From Burkholderiales bacterium (lineage in GTDB: Bacteria > Pseudomonadota > Gammaproteobacteria > Burkholderiales > SG8-39): DNA of 42,229 bases. Below, piece by piece: positions 7,613 to 16,050 of this stretch. The position numbers and the translations under genes were made by a program. The stretch's first letter is position 1; every line of letters starts with the position of its first letter. The DNA lies in the NCBI GenBank assembly GCA_035554335.1, contig DATMIG010000450.1, positions 1 through 42,229 of the forward strand. Reading direction: 5' to 3'. The notes beneath the pieces were generated by a model. The model was not told the origin of the DNA. It ran no database searches and was given only the letters and a program-made list of their open reading frames with translations.

Positions 7613-8754
7613 CGGCCGAGGAGGTGCCGCGCGATCTGGATGCGCTGCATCTCGGAGGTGCCCTCGCCGATGCGGAACGCGCGCGCGTCGCGGTACATGC
7701 GCTCGATCGGCAGGTCGGCGACGTAGCCGGCGCCGCCGAAGATCTGCAGCACCCGGTCGGCGACGCGCCCCACCATCTCGCTGCCGTAGAGCTTGCTGCG
7801 CGAGGCGGCGATGCGCGCGCTCGGGTCGCCCTTGTCCGCGGCGAGCGCGGCGGCGTACATGAGGAACCGCGCCGCTTCGCGCTCCACGTCGCAGTCGGCG
7901 AGCATGAACTGCAGCGCCTGGTGCTCGGCGAGCTTGGCGCCGAAGGCGACGCGCTGCCTCGAATAATCCACCGCCATCTCGATCAGCTCGTTTGCCATGC
8001 CGAGGTAGCGGCCGGAGAGATGGATGCGCGTGGCGTTGATATGGCCCATCGCCACGGCGAAGCCGCCGTTCACCTCGCCGAGCACGTGGTCGTCTTCCAC
8101 CTTACAGTCGTCGAGCGCGAAGGCGCCGAGCGAGTGGCCGCGCCAGCCCATGGCGCGCATCGAGCGGGCGTAGCGGAAGCCCGGGTTCTCGCGCTCGACG
8201 ATGAACATGGTGAAGCGGCCGCGCAGCGGCGCGGCGGGATCGGTCACCGCCACGACCATGACGAAGTCGGCGTGCTCGGCATTGGAGATGAACTGCTTGG
8301 TGCCGTTCAGCACCCAACGGCCATTCTCGCGGCGCGCCTTCGTGGCGACGCGCTGCACGTCCGAGCCGGCGTCGGGCTCGGTGAGCGCGTACGCCACCAC
8401 CTTGTCCGCGCGCAGGATCGGATCCGAGAACCACGAGCGTTGGTTGGCCTTTGCGTGCGCCACGCCGCCCGGCAGAAAGCCGGCGGTCGAGGCGAGCGCC
8501 ATGGTGGTGCGGCCGAGCTCCTCGCCGACCAGCGCCTGCCCGAGGTTGGTGAGCCCGCCGCCGCCGATCGCTTCCGGCAGGTTGTGCCCATAGAGGCCGA
8601 GCTCCACTGCTTTTTTGCGCAGGCGCCGGTCCACTTCCTTGTCGATATGGTCGGTCTCCTCGACCTGCTTCTCGAGCGGACGCAGCTCCTGGTCGACGAA
8701 GCGCTTGACCGTGCGCTGGACCATCTCCAGCTCTTCGGGGATCGTGAAGTCCAT
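7609..8754 (-). CDS. acyl-CoA dehydrogenase
   Basis: MDFTIPEELEMVQRTVKRFVDQEL..., YALTEPDAGSD, and the C-terminal QIFGGAGY...RDARAFRIGEGTSEMQ are classic ACAD motifs. The start is ATG at 8754, in a TGATG overlap with the upstream stop. The listed 8796 start adds 14 residues over the neighbouring gene. Confidence 0.9.
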   Translation of the reverse strand: MDFTIPEELEMVQRTVKRFVDQELRPLEKQVEETDHIDKEVDRRLRKKAVELGLYGHNLPEAIGGGGLTNLGQALVGEELGRTTMALASTAGFLPGGVAHAKANQRSWFSDPILRADKVVAYALTEPDAGSDVQRVATKARRENGRWVLNGTKQFISNAEHADFVMVVAVTDPAAPLRGRFTMFIVERENPGFRYARSMRAMGWRGHSLGAFALDDCKVEDDHVLGEVNGGFAVAMGHINATRIHLSGRYLGMANELIEMAVDYSRQRVAFGAKLAEHQALQFMLADCDVEREAARFLMYAAALAADKGDPSARIAASRSKLYGSEMVGRVADRVLQIFGGAGYVADLPIERMYRDARAFRIGEGTSEMQRIQIARHLLGR

Positions 8755-9488
8755 CAGGGCGCCACGTAGGGAACGGCGTTGCGCGATTCCTTCCACATCA
8801 CGCGCGCCGCGGGATTGGCTTTTTCCTCCAGGAGGTGGGCCGTGAGGCCGGCCGATCTCGCCACCACCGAGAAGCAGCGGATCGCGGCGAGCGGCACGTC
8901 GATGTCGAGCATCAGCGCGCCGATGGCGCCGGTGGCGTTGATCGTGAGGTGGCGTCCCTTTACCGCATCGATCGCCTTGCTCAGCTCGCGCAGCAGCCGC
9001 ATGTGCGTCTGCTTCACACCGGCCTTCTCGGCGACCGCGAAGAGCCGCGGCGTGCGCGGATCATCGGGCTTGTGGTGCAGGTGGCCGAAGCCGGGAATCG
9101 GCTGACCGGAGGCAATGAGCTGCTCCGCCGTCTTACGAACGTCGCCTCCTTTGGCCAGCTCCTGCAGGATGGCCGCGCATTGCTCCGACGTACCAGCGAA
9201 CACGCCGCCGACGGCGAGCAGCCCCGCCGCGATCGCGACCTGCGGCTCGTCCGGCACCGTGTCGGAGATGAGGCGCGAGACGATGGTCGAAGGGTTGATG
9301 CCGTGCTCCATGATGGTCACCAGGCACGCGTCGAGCACCTTCGCCTGCCCGGCATCGGGCTGGCGCCCGGTCGAGAGAAAGTAAAGCATCTCCGTGAAGG
9401 TGAGCTCGCCGACCAGCTCGTTGACGAGGTCGCGCCCGCGCACGGTGATCGAGGTGAGGTCCGACGTGCAGATCGATGTGCTGGCCAC
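8754..9488 (-). CDS. citryl-CoA lyase / short citrate-synthase-family protein
   Basis: LDACLVTIMEHGINPST...PIPGFGHLHHKPDDPR...ATGAIGALMLDI matches the catalytic core of the citrate synthase family (GFGH..YK..DPR) in a protein of only 244 aa. The start is GTG at 9488, preceded by AGGGGGG. The rest of the 554-aa ORF is an out-of-frame overlap with the Bug gene. Confidence 0.75.
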   Translation of the reverse strand: MASTSICTSDLTSITVRGRDLVNELVGELTFTEMLYFLSTGRQPDAGQAKVLDACLVTIMEHGINPSTIVSRLISDTVPDEPQVAIAAGLLAVGGVFAGTSEQCAAILQELAKGGDVRKTAEQLIASGQPIPGFGHLHHKPDDPRTPRLFAVAEKAGVKQTHMRLLRELSKAIDAVKGRHLTINATGAIGALMLDIDVPLAAIRCFSVVARSAGLTAHLLEEKANPAARVMWKESRNAVPYVAP

Positions 9489-9496
9489 GGACCCCC

Positions 9497-10447
9497 CTAT
9501 TGGATCAGGCTCTTGAAGCGCGGGTTCTGCAGGATCTTCGCCCAGTGGCTCGATTCCCCCTCCACCGTCGCGCGCAGCTCGGCCGGGGTGAGGTACAGCA
9601 CACTGGTGTTCGACTTCTTCATCGCCTCGATGAACTCCGGATCGCGCGCCGCCTGCGCCACGGCGTCGACCAGCTTCTGCTGCACCGCCGGCGGCGTCGC
9701 CTTCGGCGCGAAGAAGCCGAAGCGCGTCACCTCGGTCACGTCGTAGCCCGACTCGACCAGCGTCGGCGCATCGGGCGCGAATTCGGAGCGCTTCGGCCCC
9801 ATGCTGGCGAGCACGCGCAGCTTCCCGGAGTGGGCGTGCGGCAGGATGGTGGTCGGCACGCCGAACACAATGTCGCTGTTGCCGCCGAGGATGGCCTGTG
9901 TCGCCGCGCCGACGCCCTTGAACGGCACGTGCGTGAAGTCGATGCCCGCGGCGAGCTGGAAGGCTTCGCCGGCCATGTGGGTCGTCGTCCCGGGGCCGGC
10001 GCTGCCCATGTTGATCTTGCCCGGGTTCGCCTTCGCGTAAGCAACGAGCTCCTTCAGCGTCTTGTACGGCGCATCGGCGCGCACCGCGATGAGGAGCGGC
10101 GTGCCGGTCGCGTTGCCGATCGCCACGAAGTCGTCCGCCGTATAGCCGACGTTCTTGCGCATGTGGGGCACGACGGCGAGCGCGGAGGTGCCGGTGAAGA
10201 GGATGGTGTAGCCGTCGGGCGTCGAGTTCTTCACCGCATTCGTGCCGATCACCGCGCCGCCGCCCTCCTTGTTCTCGATCACCACCTGCTGGCCGAGGAT
10301 GCGCGACAGCGTCGGCGCCATCGCGCGCACCTGCAGGTCGACGCCGCCCGGCCCGTAGGGGACGATGACGCGCACGGGGTGCGTCGGATAGTTCTGCGCA
10401 GCCGCCACCGTGGTCCAAAGGACCAGGACCCCAATCAGTACTTTCAT
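9497..10447 (-). CDS. Bug-family (TctC-like) tripartite tricarboxylate transporter substrate-binding protein
   Basis: Signal peptide MKVLIGVLVLWTTVAAA/QNYP followed by PVRVIVPYGPGGVDLQVR...IENKEGGGAVIGTNAV..STPDGYTILF, the hallmark Bug N-terminus. There is an ATGA overlap with the ligase stop (10444-10447). Confidence 0.9.
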   Translation of the reverse strand: MKVLIGVLVLWTTVAAAQNYPTHPVRVIVPYGPGGVDLQVRAMAPTLSRILGQQVVIENKEGGGAVIGTNAVKNSTPDGYTILFTGTSALAVVPHMRKNVGYTADDFVAIGNATGTPLLIAVRADAPYKTLKELVAYAKANPGKINMGSAGPGTTTHMAGEAFQLAAGIDFTHVPFKGVGAATQAILGGNSDIVFGVPTTILPHAHSGKLRVLASMGPKRSEFAPDAPTLVESGYDVTEVTRFGFFAPKATPPAVQQKLVDAVAQAARDPEFIEAMKKSNTSVLYLTPAELRATVEGESSHWAKILQNPRFKSLIQ

Positions 10448-12033
10448 TTCACTCCTCGTTTCACGTTCGATGATAGTCCCAGGTCGACGAGCGCGTATTC
10501 GCGCAGCTTGTTGCGCTGGATCTTCGAGCTCGCGGTCATACCGATGGCGTCGAAGTTGTCGACGAAGCGCACGTAGCGCGGCACCTTGAAGCCGGCGATG
10601 CGCTCCTTGCACCACGCCATCAGCTCCTCTGGCGTTGCGCTCATTCCTTCCTTTTTCTGCACATACGCCGCTACCACCTCCACCAGGCGCGGCTCCGGCA
10701 CGCCGACCACCTTGGCGAGATGCACCGCCGGATGAGCCTGCAGCACGGTCTCCACATCCGCCGGCGCTACGTTCTCGCCGCCGACGCGCAGCATGTCCTT
10801 CAGGCGATCGATGAAGGCGATGCGGCCGTCAGCGTCCGCCACGCCGAGGTCGCCGGTGTGCAGCCAGCCGGCGGCGTCGATGGTCTTCGCCGTCGCCTCC
10901 GGCATGTTGTAGTAGCCCTTCATCAGCGACCAGCCGCGGATGCAGATCTCGCCGGGCGTGCCGGCGGGCAGCTCGTCGTTGGTGTCCTGCTTGAAGACGC
11001 GCACTTCCAGCCCCGGAAGCGGAAACGCATAGCCCGCCACGCGCTTCTCCAGGTCGTCGTTGTACGGCGAGAGCGCCGCGTTCGGCGACGACTCCGACAG
11101 GCCGTAGCCCACGCACATGTCGCGCATGCCGAGGCGCTCGACCACCTGCCGCGCCACCTCGGGGCTGACGGCGCACATGCCGCCGCGCAGCCGCAGCTTC
11201 TCGCGGCGGAAGTCGGGATGGTTCATCAGCATCACGTACATCGTGTCGTTGGCCGAGGTCATCGTGCAGCGCTCGTCTTCCATCATGCGCAGCACCGTGC
11301 CGGGCTCGAAGGACGGCGCGGTGATGTAGCAAGCGCCGTGGACACAGGACGTGATCATGGACAGCGTCGTTCCAGCGACGTGGAAAAGCGGCCGTCCGCT
11401 GAAGTAGCGGTCGCCCTGCCTCATCCCCTGCCGTCGTCCGAAGTGCCACGCATCGAGGATCATGCTGCGATGGGTCAGCATCACTCCCTTCGGATACGCC
11501 GTGGTGCCGGAGGTGTACTGGATCAGCGCCACGTCCTCCGGCGCCGGCCCCTCGCGGTCGAAAGCGCCGGGCTGTGAGAGCTCGGCCGGCGAGACCACGG
11601 CTTGCAGCCTGGGCAGCTCATGCCGCACCGAGGCCAGCATGGTCTTGAAGTCGATATTGAGGAAGCGATCGACCATCACCAGGAACTTCGAGTCTGACTG
11701 CGCGAGGCAGTACTTGAGCTCGTCCGCCTTGAAGCGCGTATTGACCGGCACCACCACCGCGCCGACGAGGTTCGCCCCGTATGCGGCAACGACCCAGTCG
11801 ATGGAATTTCCCATGCAGATCGCAAGGTGGTCGCCGTGGCGCAGGCCGAAACGATGGAGATTGGCCGCCGCGCGCTCCGCGCGCGCGAGGAGCTCGGCGT
11901 AGCGAATGCGTTCGCCGGGCACCACCATGGCTTCCTGCTCGGGCCATTCCTTCGCCGCGCGGCGCAGGGCTTCCGGAATGGTGAAGACGGGCGGATCGCC
12001 GGCCTGGCCGGCGAGATGAGACGGGAATGCCAT
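10444..12033 (-). CDS. AMP-dependent synthetase/ligase (acyl-CoA synthetase family)
   Basis: AMP-binding motif IQYTSGTTAYPKGVMLTH, then GYGLSE, TGDLG and the C-terminal KIQRNKLRE lysine motif. Confidence 0.9.
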   Translation of the reverse strand: MAFPSHLAGQAGDPPVFTIPEALRRAAKEWPEQEAMVVPGERIRYAELLARAERAAANLHRFGLRHGDHLAICMGNSIDWVVAAYGANLVGAVVVPVNTRFKADELKYCLAQSDSKFLVMVDRFLNIDFKTMLASVRHELPRLQAVVSPAELSQPGAFDREGPAPEDVALIQYTSGTTAYPKGVMLTHRSMILDAWHFGRRQGMRQGDRYFSGRPLFHVAGTTLSMITSCVHGACYITAPSFEPGTVLRMMEDERCTMTSANDTMYVMLMNHPDFRREKLRLRGGMCAVSPEVARQVVERLGMRDMCVGYGLSESSPNAALSPYNDDLEKRVAGYAFPLPGLEVRVFKQDTNDELPAGTPGEICIRGWSLMKGYYNMPEATAKTIDAAGWLHTGDLGVADADGRIAFIDRLKDMLRVGGENVAPADVETVLQAHPAVHLAKVVGVPEPRLVEVVAAYVQKKEGMSATPEELMAWCKERIAGFKVPRYVRFVDNFDAIGMTASSKIQRNKLREYALVDLGLSSNVKRGVK

Positions 12034-13013
12034 CAGTCGATTTTCGCCCCGGAGACCTTCACCGCATTCGCGTAGTAGGCGATGTCGTCCTTCAGGCCCA
12101 CGGCGTACTGCTCCGGCGTGTTGCCGACCGGGTCGATGCCCATCGCCTCGAAGCGCTTCAGCGTATCCGGGTCGCGGACCGCCTTGGCGAGCTCGCGCCC
12201 GAGCGACGCGACGATCGGCTTCGGCGTGGCGATGGGGGCGAGGATGCCAATCGAGGGCAGGATGCGCACGCCGGTCACGCCGAGCTCGTTGAAGGTCGGC
12301 ACCTCAGGCGCCTGCGGCGTGCGCGTGTCGCTCGCGAGCGCGAGAAGGCGCACCTGGCCGGACTTGACCGCGGCGGCCATCGTCGGCAGCACGGTGAAGA
12401 GCAGATGCACCTGGCCGGCCATCAGCGCGGGAATCGACTGGCCGCTGCCCTTGAACGGCACGTGCACGAGGTCGAGGCCGGTGCGCGACTTCAGGATCTC
12501 CATGGCGAGGTGCGGCGGTGAGCCATTGCCGGAGGAGCCGTAGGTGAGGTAGCCGGGCTTCGCCTTGGCGAGGGCGACGAGTTCCTTCCACGTGGTCACG
12601 CCGGTGGAGCTGTGCGCGGAGAGGAAGAAGGGCGACGTGCCGAGCAGGCTCACCGGCGCGAAGTCGCGCAGCGTGTCGTATTGCAGGTGCGGATAGAGCG
12701 CGAGGTTGATCGCGCTCTGGCCGATGTCGACCACCACCAGCGTGTAGCCATCCGGTGCCGCCTTGGCCGCGATCTCGCAGGCGAGCGAGCCGCCGGCGCC
12801 GGGCCGGTTCTCGATGATGAACTGCTGGCCGAGCGCCTCCGAAAGCTTCGGCGCGATGATGCGGGCCATGGTGTCGGGAAAGCCGCCCGGCGGATAGCCG
12901 ACGAGCAGCCGCACGGGCTTCGAGGGATACGCCTGGGCCACTACCCGGCTCGGCAGCAGCGCCGCTGCGCCGAGCGCGAGACCGGTGCCGATGAAACCCC
13001 TTCTGGACATCAC
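12033..13013 (-). CDS. Bug-family (TctC-like) substrate-binding protein with a Tat-like signal
   Basis: MMSRRGFIGTGLALGAAALLPSRVVA/QAYP followed by PVRLLVGYPPGGFPDTMAR...IENRPGAGGSLA...APDGYTLVV. The start is GTG at 13013 or ATG at 13010. The stop overlaps the ligase ATG (TGATG at 12033). Confidence 0.9.
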   Translation of the reverse strand: MMSRRGFIGTGLALGAAALLPSRVVAQAYPSKPVRLLVGYPPGGFPDTMARIIAPKLSEALGQQFIIENRPGAGGSLACEIAAKAAPDGYTLVVVDIGQSAINLALYPHLQYDTLRDFAPVSLLGTSPFFLSAHSSTGVTTWKELVALAKAKPGYLTYGSSGNGSPPHLAMEILKSRTGLDLVHVPFKGSGQSIPALMAGQVHLLFTVLPTMAAAVKSGQVRLLALASDTRTPQAPEVPTFNELGVTGVRILPSIGILAPIATPKPIVASLGRELAKAVRDPDTLKRFEAMGIDPVGNTPEQYAVGLKDDIAYYANAVKVSGAKID

Positions 13014-13639
13014 TTTCCTTTCGGATTCACGGGATCGGGACGCGGCATGCTGAATCGGTCGGTGAGCCGCGTGTACATGTCGGCGCCTTCCATGCGGCCC
13101 ATGGCGTGCAGCCGCGCCGAGTCGACGTGGTAGCGGCTCTCGTCGACCAGGCCGTCACGGAAGTGGGCGAGGATCACCTCGCCGATGATCATCGTGTAAG
13201 GCTTGCGGCCGAGCTTCACCATCTTTTCCAGCCGGCATTCGAGCTGCACGGGACAATCCGCGATGCGCGGCGGCCGCACCTTTACGGATTGGATGGTCGA
13301 AAAACCGGCTCGCTGGATCTCGTCCACGCCGTGCGGCCAGTCGGTCGAGCACAGATTCATCTTGTGGCGGTTCGGCTCGTCGACGATGTGCACCACGAAT
13401 TCCGGCACGCGCTCGATGTTGCGCACCGTGTCCTTCATCGTCGTGCCCTCGCGCGGCGCCATCGAGAACATCAGCATCGGCGGATCGGCGCAGCACAGGT
13501 TGAAGAAGCTGAACGGCGCCGCGTTCGGACCTTCCAGGCCGAGCGTGGTGACGAGCGCGATCGGCCGCGGCACCACGGCTGCGCTCATCAGCTTCGACAT
13601 GCTGACCGGGTCGAGCACCGCCGGGTCGAAGCTCTTCAC
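13010..13639 (-). CDS. flavin reductase-like domain protein
   Basis: VVPRPIALVTTLG..GPNAAPFSFFN....PPMLMFS...KDTVRNI...EFVVHIV is the flavin_reduct (PF01613-type) pattern. The GTG start overlaps the upstream stop (GTGA). Confidence 0.8.
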   Translation of the reverse strand: MKSFDPAVLDPVSMSKLMSAAVVPRPIALVTTLGLEGPNAAPFSFFNLCCADPPMLMFSMAPREGTTMKDTVRNIERVPEFVVHIVDEPNRHKMNLCSTDWPHGVDEIQRAGFSTIQSVKVRPPRIADCPVQLECRLEKMVKLGRKPYTMIIGEVILAHFRDGLVDESRYHVDSARLHAMGRMEGADMYTRLTDRFSMPRPDPVNPKGK

Positions 13640-15141
13640 AGGCCGAGCGCCCCCGGATTCATGCGCCCCTCCGGATCGAGCGCGCGCTTCACGCGCTCGA
13701 GGAGCTCGCGCGAGCCGGCGTCCATCCGCTCCGTCAGCCGATAGAAGCGTCCGACCTGCGCATGCACGGCGCCGTAGCGCGCGAACACCTCGCGCAGCTC
13801 ACTGCGCAGCCGCCGCACGACCTCGCGCGCCGGGACGTTTTCCGGGAAGTTGGAAAAACGCGAGCGATTGCGCTCCGAGAGGTGCGCGAGCTGGATAGGG
13901 TCGAGCGCATCGCGCCAGTAGAACATCGGCTCGATCGTCACGTAGGGCCCCGCCGAAGAGCACAGCCATTGCGCCTTCACCCCCGCCTGCTCGAGCTCGG
14001 CAGCCCGGGAAAGGATGTGAGCGACCAAGCCGGCCATGCACTCCCGCGCCCGCGATAGCGGCAGCACGCCATGCACCGGCACCCAGCGTTCGCCGTCCGG
14101 GCCGACCAGGCCGCGAATCGAGTAGGGCTTCGCGCGCAGCGTCTTGGGGACGACATTGTCCATCTCGACCGCAGTCTTCAGCAGCCGCCGGGCGGCATCG
14201 ATCTGCGCTGCCGCGGCAGCCTCGGTGGGTGCTTCCGAGGTGAGATGCAGCGACCATGCATGCCCGCCGAGCGCGTTACGTCCGCGCGCGAGCTGCGCCA
14301 CGTCCTTCACCGCCTTGCCGAGCGAGCCGGCGCCCTTCACCACCGCGCCGAGGATCTTCGCCGCCTCGCCCGCCTCCACCTTGCTCGCGGACTCGCCCTT
14401 CGCCTGGTCCATGCCGAAGGCGCGCACGCCCGGAGCGTGCCGCATGATCGTCGCGATCGCGGCGACCAGATCCTCGCCGCTGGAAAAGCCGAACGATGCA
14501 AAGGCGGCCACGCCCTCGGGCGCGAGGCGCAGCACGACTTCGGTCTTGATGCCGAACGCGCCACAGTCGCCGAGGAACATGCCGGTGAGGTCCGGGCCGC
14601 TATGGCGCTGGAAGGCCGATGCATCGCTGCGCGCGGCGGAGCCGGTGCGCGCGACCGTGCCGTCGGCCAGCACGACGGTGAGTCCAATGACGCCGTCCAT
14701 GCCGCCGGGCAGGTTCTGCGACGCGAGTCCGCCGACCGTGGAATGGCTGCCGGAGATCGGGCTCCGCTGAACCGCCTGCAATCCGTGCGGCTTGAGCGCC
14801 GCGGCGAGCTTCTCCCAGGTGCAGCCGGCGCCGACGACCGCGTACAGATCGTCCGCGTGGATGTCGATGCCGTCGAGTCGACTCGTCTCAACGACGACGG
14901 ATGGCGCGCGTGGCACGACCCCGGCGGTGTAGGACAGTCCGGCGCCGCGCGGCACGATGTTCGCGTTTTCGAGAACAGAAACTGCCTGCGCGGTTTCGGC
15001 AGTCGAGGCCGGCCGCACGACCAGGTCGGCCACTACCGCGTCCGGCCAGACGAAGATGTCGGACGATGCATACCGGCGAGCGGCCTCGTCGGCCAGCACG
15101 TGGTCCGCGCCTACGATCCGCGCTAGCTCTTGCTGGAGCAT
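13636..15141 (-). CDS. FAD-binding oxidoreductase (FAD_binding_4 / GlcD-VAO type)
   Basis: MLQQELARIVGADHVL...DLVVRPASTAETAQAVSV......IVPRGAGLSYTAG...RLDGI......AVVGAGCTW is the typical PCMH-type FAD-binding domain. The start is ATG at 15141 (TAATG overlap). The upstream 88 codons of the listed ORF overlap the amidohydrolase gene. Confidence 0.82.
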   Translation of the reverse strand: MLQQELARIVGADHVLADEAARRYASSDIFVWPDAVVADLVVRPASTAETAQAVSVLENANIVPRGAGLSYTAGVVPRAPSVVVETSRLDGIDIHADDLYAVVGAGCTWEKLAAALKPHGLQAVQRSPISGSHSTVGGLASQNLPGGMDGVIGLTVVLADGTVARTGSAARSDASAFQRHSGPDLTGMFLGDCGAFGIKTEVVLRLAPEGVAAFASFGFSSGEDLVAAIATIMRHAPGVRAFGMDQAKGESASKVEAGEAAKILGAVVKGAGSLGKAVKDVAQLARGRNALGGHAWSLHLTSEAPTEAAAAAQIDAARRLLKTAVEMDNVVPKTLRAKPYSIRGLVGPDGERWVPVHGVLPLSRARECMAGLVAHILSRAAELEQAGVKAQWLCSSAGPYVTIEPMFYWRDALDPIQLAHLSERNRSRFSNFPENVPAREVVRRLRSELREVFARYGAVHAQVGRFYRLTERMDAGSRELLERVKRALDPEGRMNPGALGL

Positions 15142-16037
15142 TAGCCCTTCAGGTTGAAGATGCGCATCGCGTTGTCGCGCACGATCTTGCGCAGCGGCTC
15201 GGGACGGAAGTTGAGGTCCATGACTTCCGACATCGCGCGCTCCGGGTCGATCACCGACCAGTCGGTGCCGAAGAGGAACTTCTCCTGTCCATACGTGTTG
15301 GCATAGTGCACGGCCTGCTGCGGCCAGTGCTTCGGCGCGTAGGCATCGCCCGCCATGTACACGTTCGGATGCTTCCAGCAGCACGAGATCATCTCGTCGG
15401 TCCACGGGTAGCCGAGGTGGATGCCGATCAGCGTGAGCTCCGGGAAATGGATCGCCACGCGGTCGAGCATCATCGGCCGGGCGATGGTCGGCAGGCGGCG
15501 GTCCTTCTGGTACACGAGGCAGTGGCCGACCTGCATCATCACCGGGATGTTGAGCTCGGCGCAGCGCGCGTAGTACGGATACCAGACCGCGCTGTCGGGC
15601 GCCTCGTCGAACCAGTGCGGGTAGAAGTGCGCGCCGACGAAGCCGTACTCCTTCACCGCCACGTCGAGCTCCTTCAGCGCTTTGATGCCGCGCGTGGGAT
15701 CGAGGCCGGCGAGCCCTGAGAAGCGGTGCGGATACTTGCGGCAGATCTCGGCCACCATTTCGTAGGGGATCTCGTTCGAGCCTTTGACGCGCAGGTCGCC
15801 CCAGCGCGCCGCGACGAGGAACGAGCGCTCGATGCCGGCGCGGTCCATCTTCTCGAGGTATTTCTCGATGCTCACGCCGCGGCTTTCGTTGGTGCGCTTC
15901 ACCTTGGCGCGGAAGTCCTCGTCGGTGGGAATGCGGCCGGCGGCGAACGCCTCGGGCGTGAAGACGTTGACGACGATGTCGATGGCGCCGTAGCCGAGCT
16001 TCGTCGCCTTTGCGTTGAATGGATATGCGGTGGCCAC
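15141..16037 (-). CDS. amidohydrolase-2 family (ACMSD/LigI-like metal-dependent hydrolase or decarboxylase)
   Basis: AIDIVVNVFTPE..., FVGAHFYPHW, IPVMMQVGH, TLIGIHLGYPW and FLFGTDW follow the TIM-barrel Amidohydro_2 pattern (H..D ligands). The GTG start has AGGGAGA 6 nt upstream. Confidence 0.8.
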   Translation of the reverse strand: MATAYPFNAKATKLGYGAIDIVVNVFTPEAFAAGRIPTDEDFRAKVKRTNESRGVSIEKYLEKMDRAGIERSFLVAARWGDLRVKGSNEIPYEMVAEICRKYPHRFSGLAGLDPTRGIKALKELDVAVKEYGFVGAHFYPHWFDEAPDSAVWYPYYARCAELNIPVMMQVGHCLVYQKDRRLPTIARPMMLDRVAIHFPELTLIGIHLGYPWTDEMISCCWKHPNVYMAGDAYAPKHWPQQAVHYANTYGQEKFLFGTDWSVIDPERAMSEVMDLNFRPEPLRKIVRDNAMRIFNLKG

Positions 16038-16050
16038 AGGAAATCTCCCT

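Noticed and set aside
8754-10418. Apparent giant fusion ORFs whose N-terminal parts run across the neighbouring gene. Examples are 8754..10418, 13636..15405, 16051..17121, 19912..22569, 23032..25032, 31690..33954, 34441..35940 and 39294..40994.
   Set aside because: In each case only the C-terminal part shows family motifs. A plausible internal start sits at or a few nt from the upstream gene's stop, often as an ATGA/TGATG overlap and sometimes with an SD. The upstream extension is out-of-frame read-through of the neighbouring gene.
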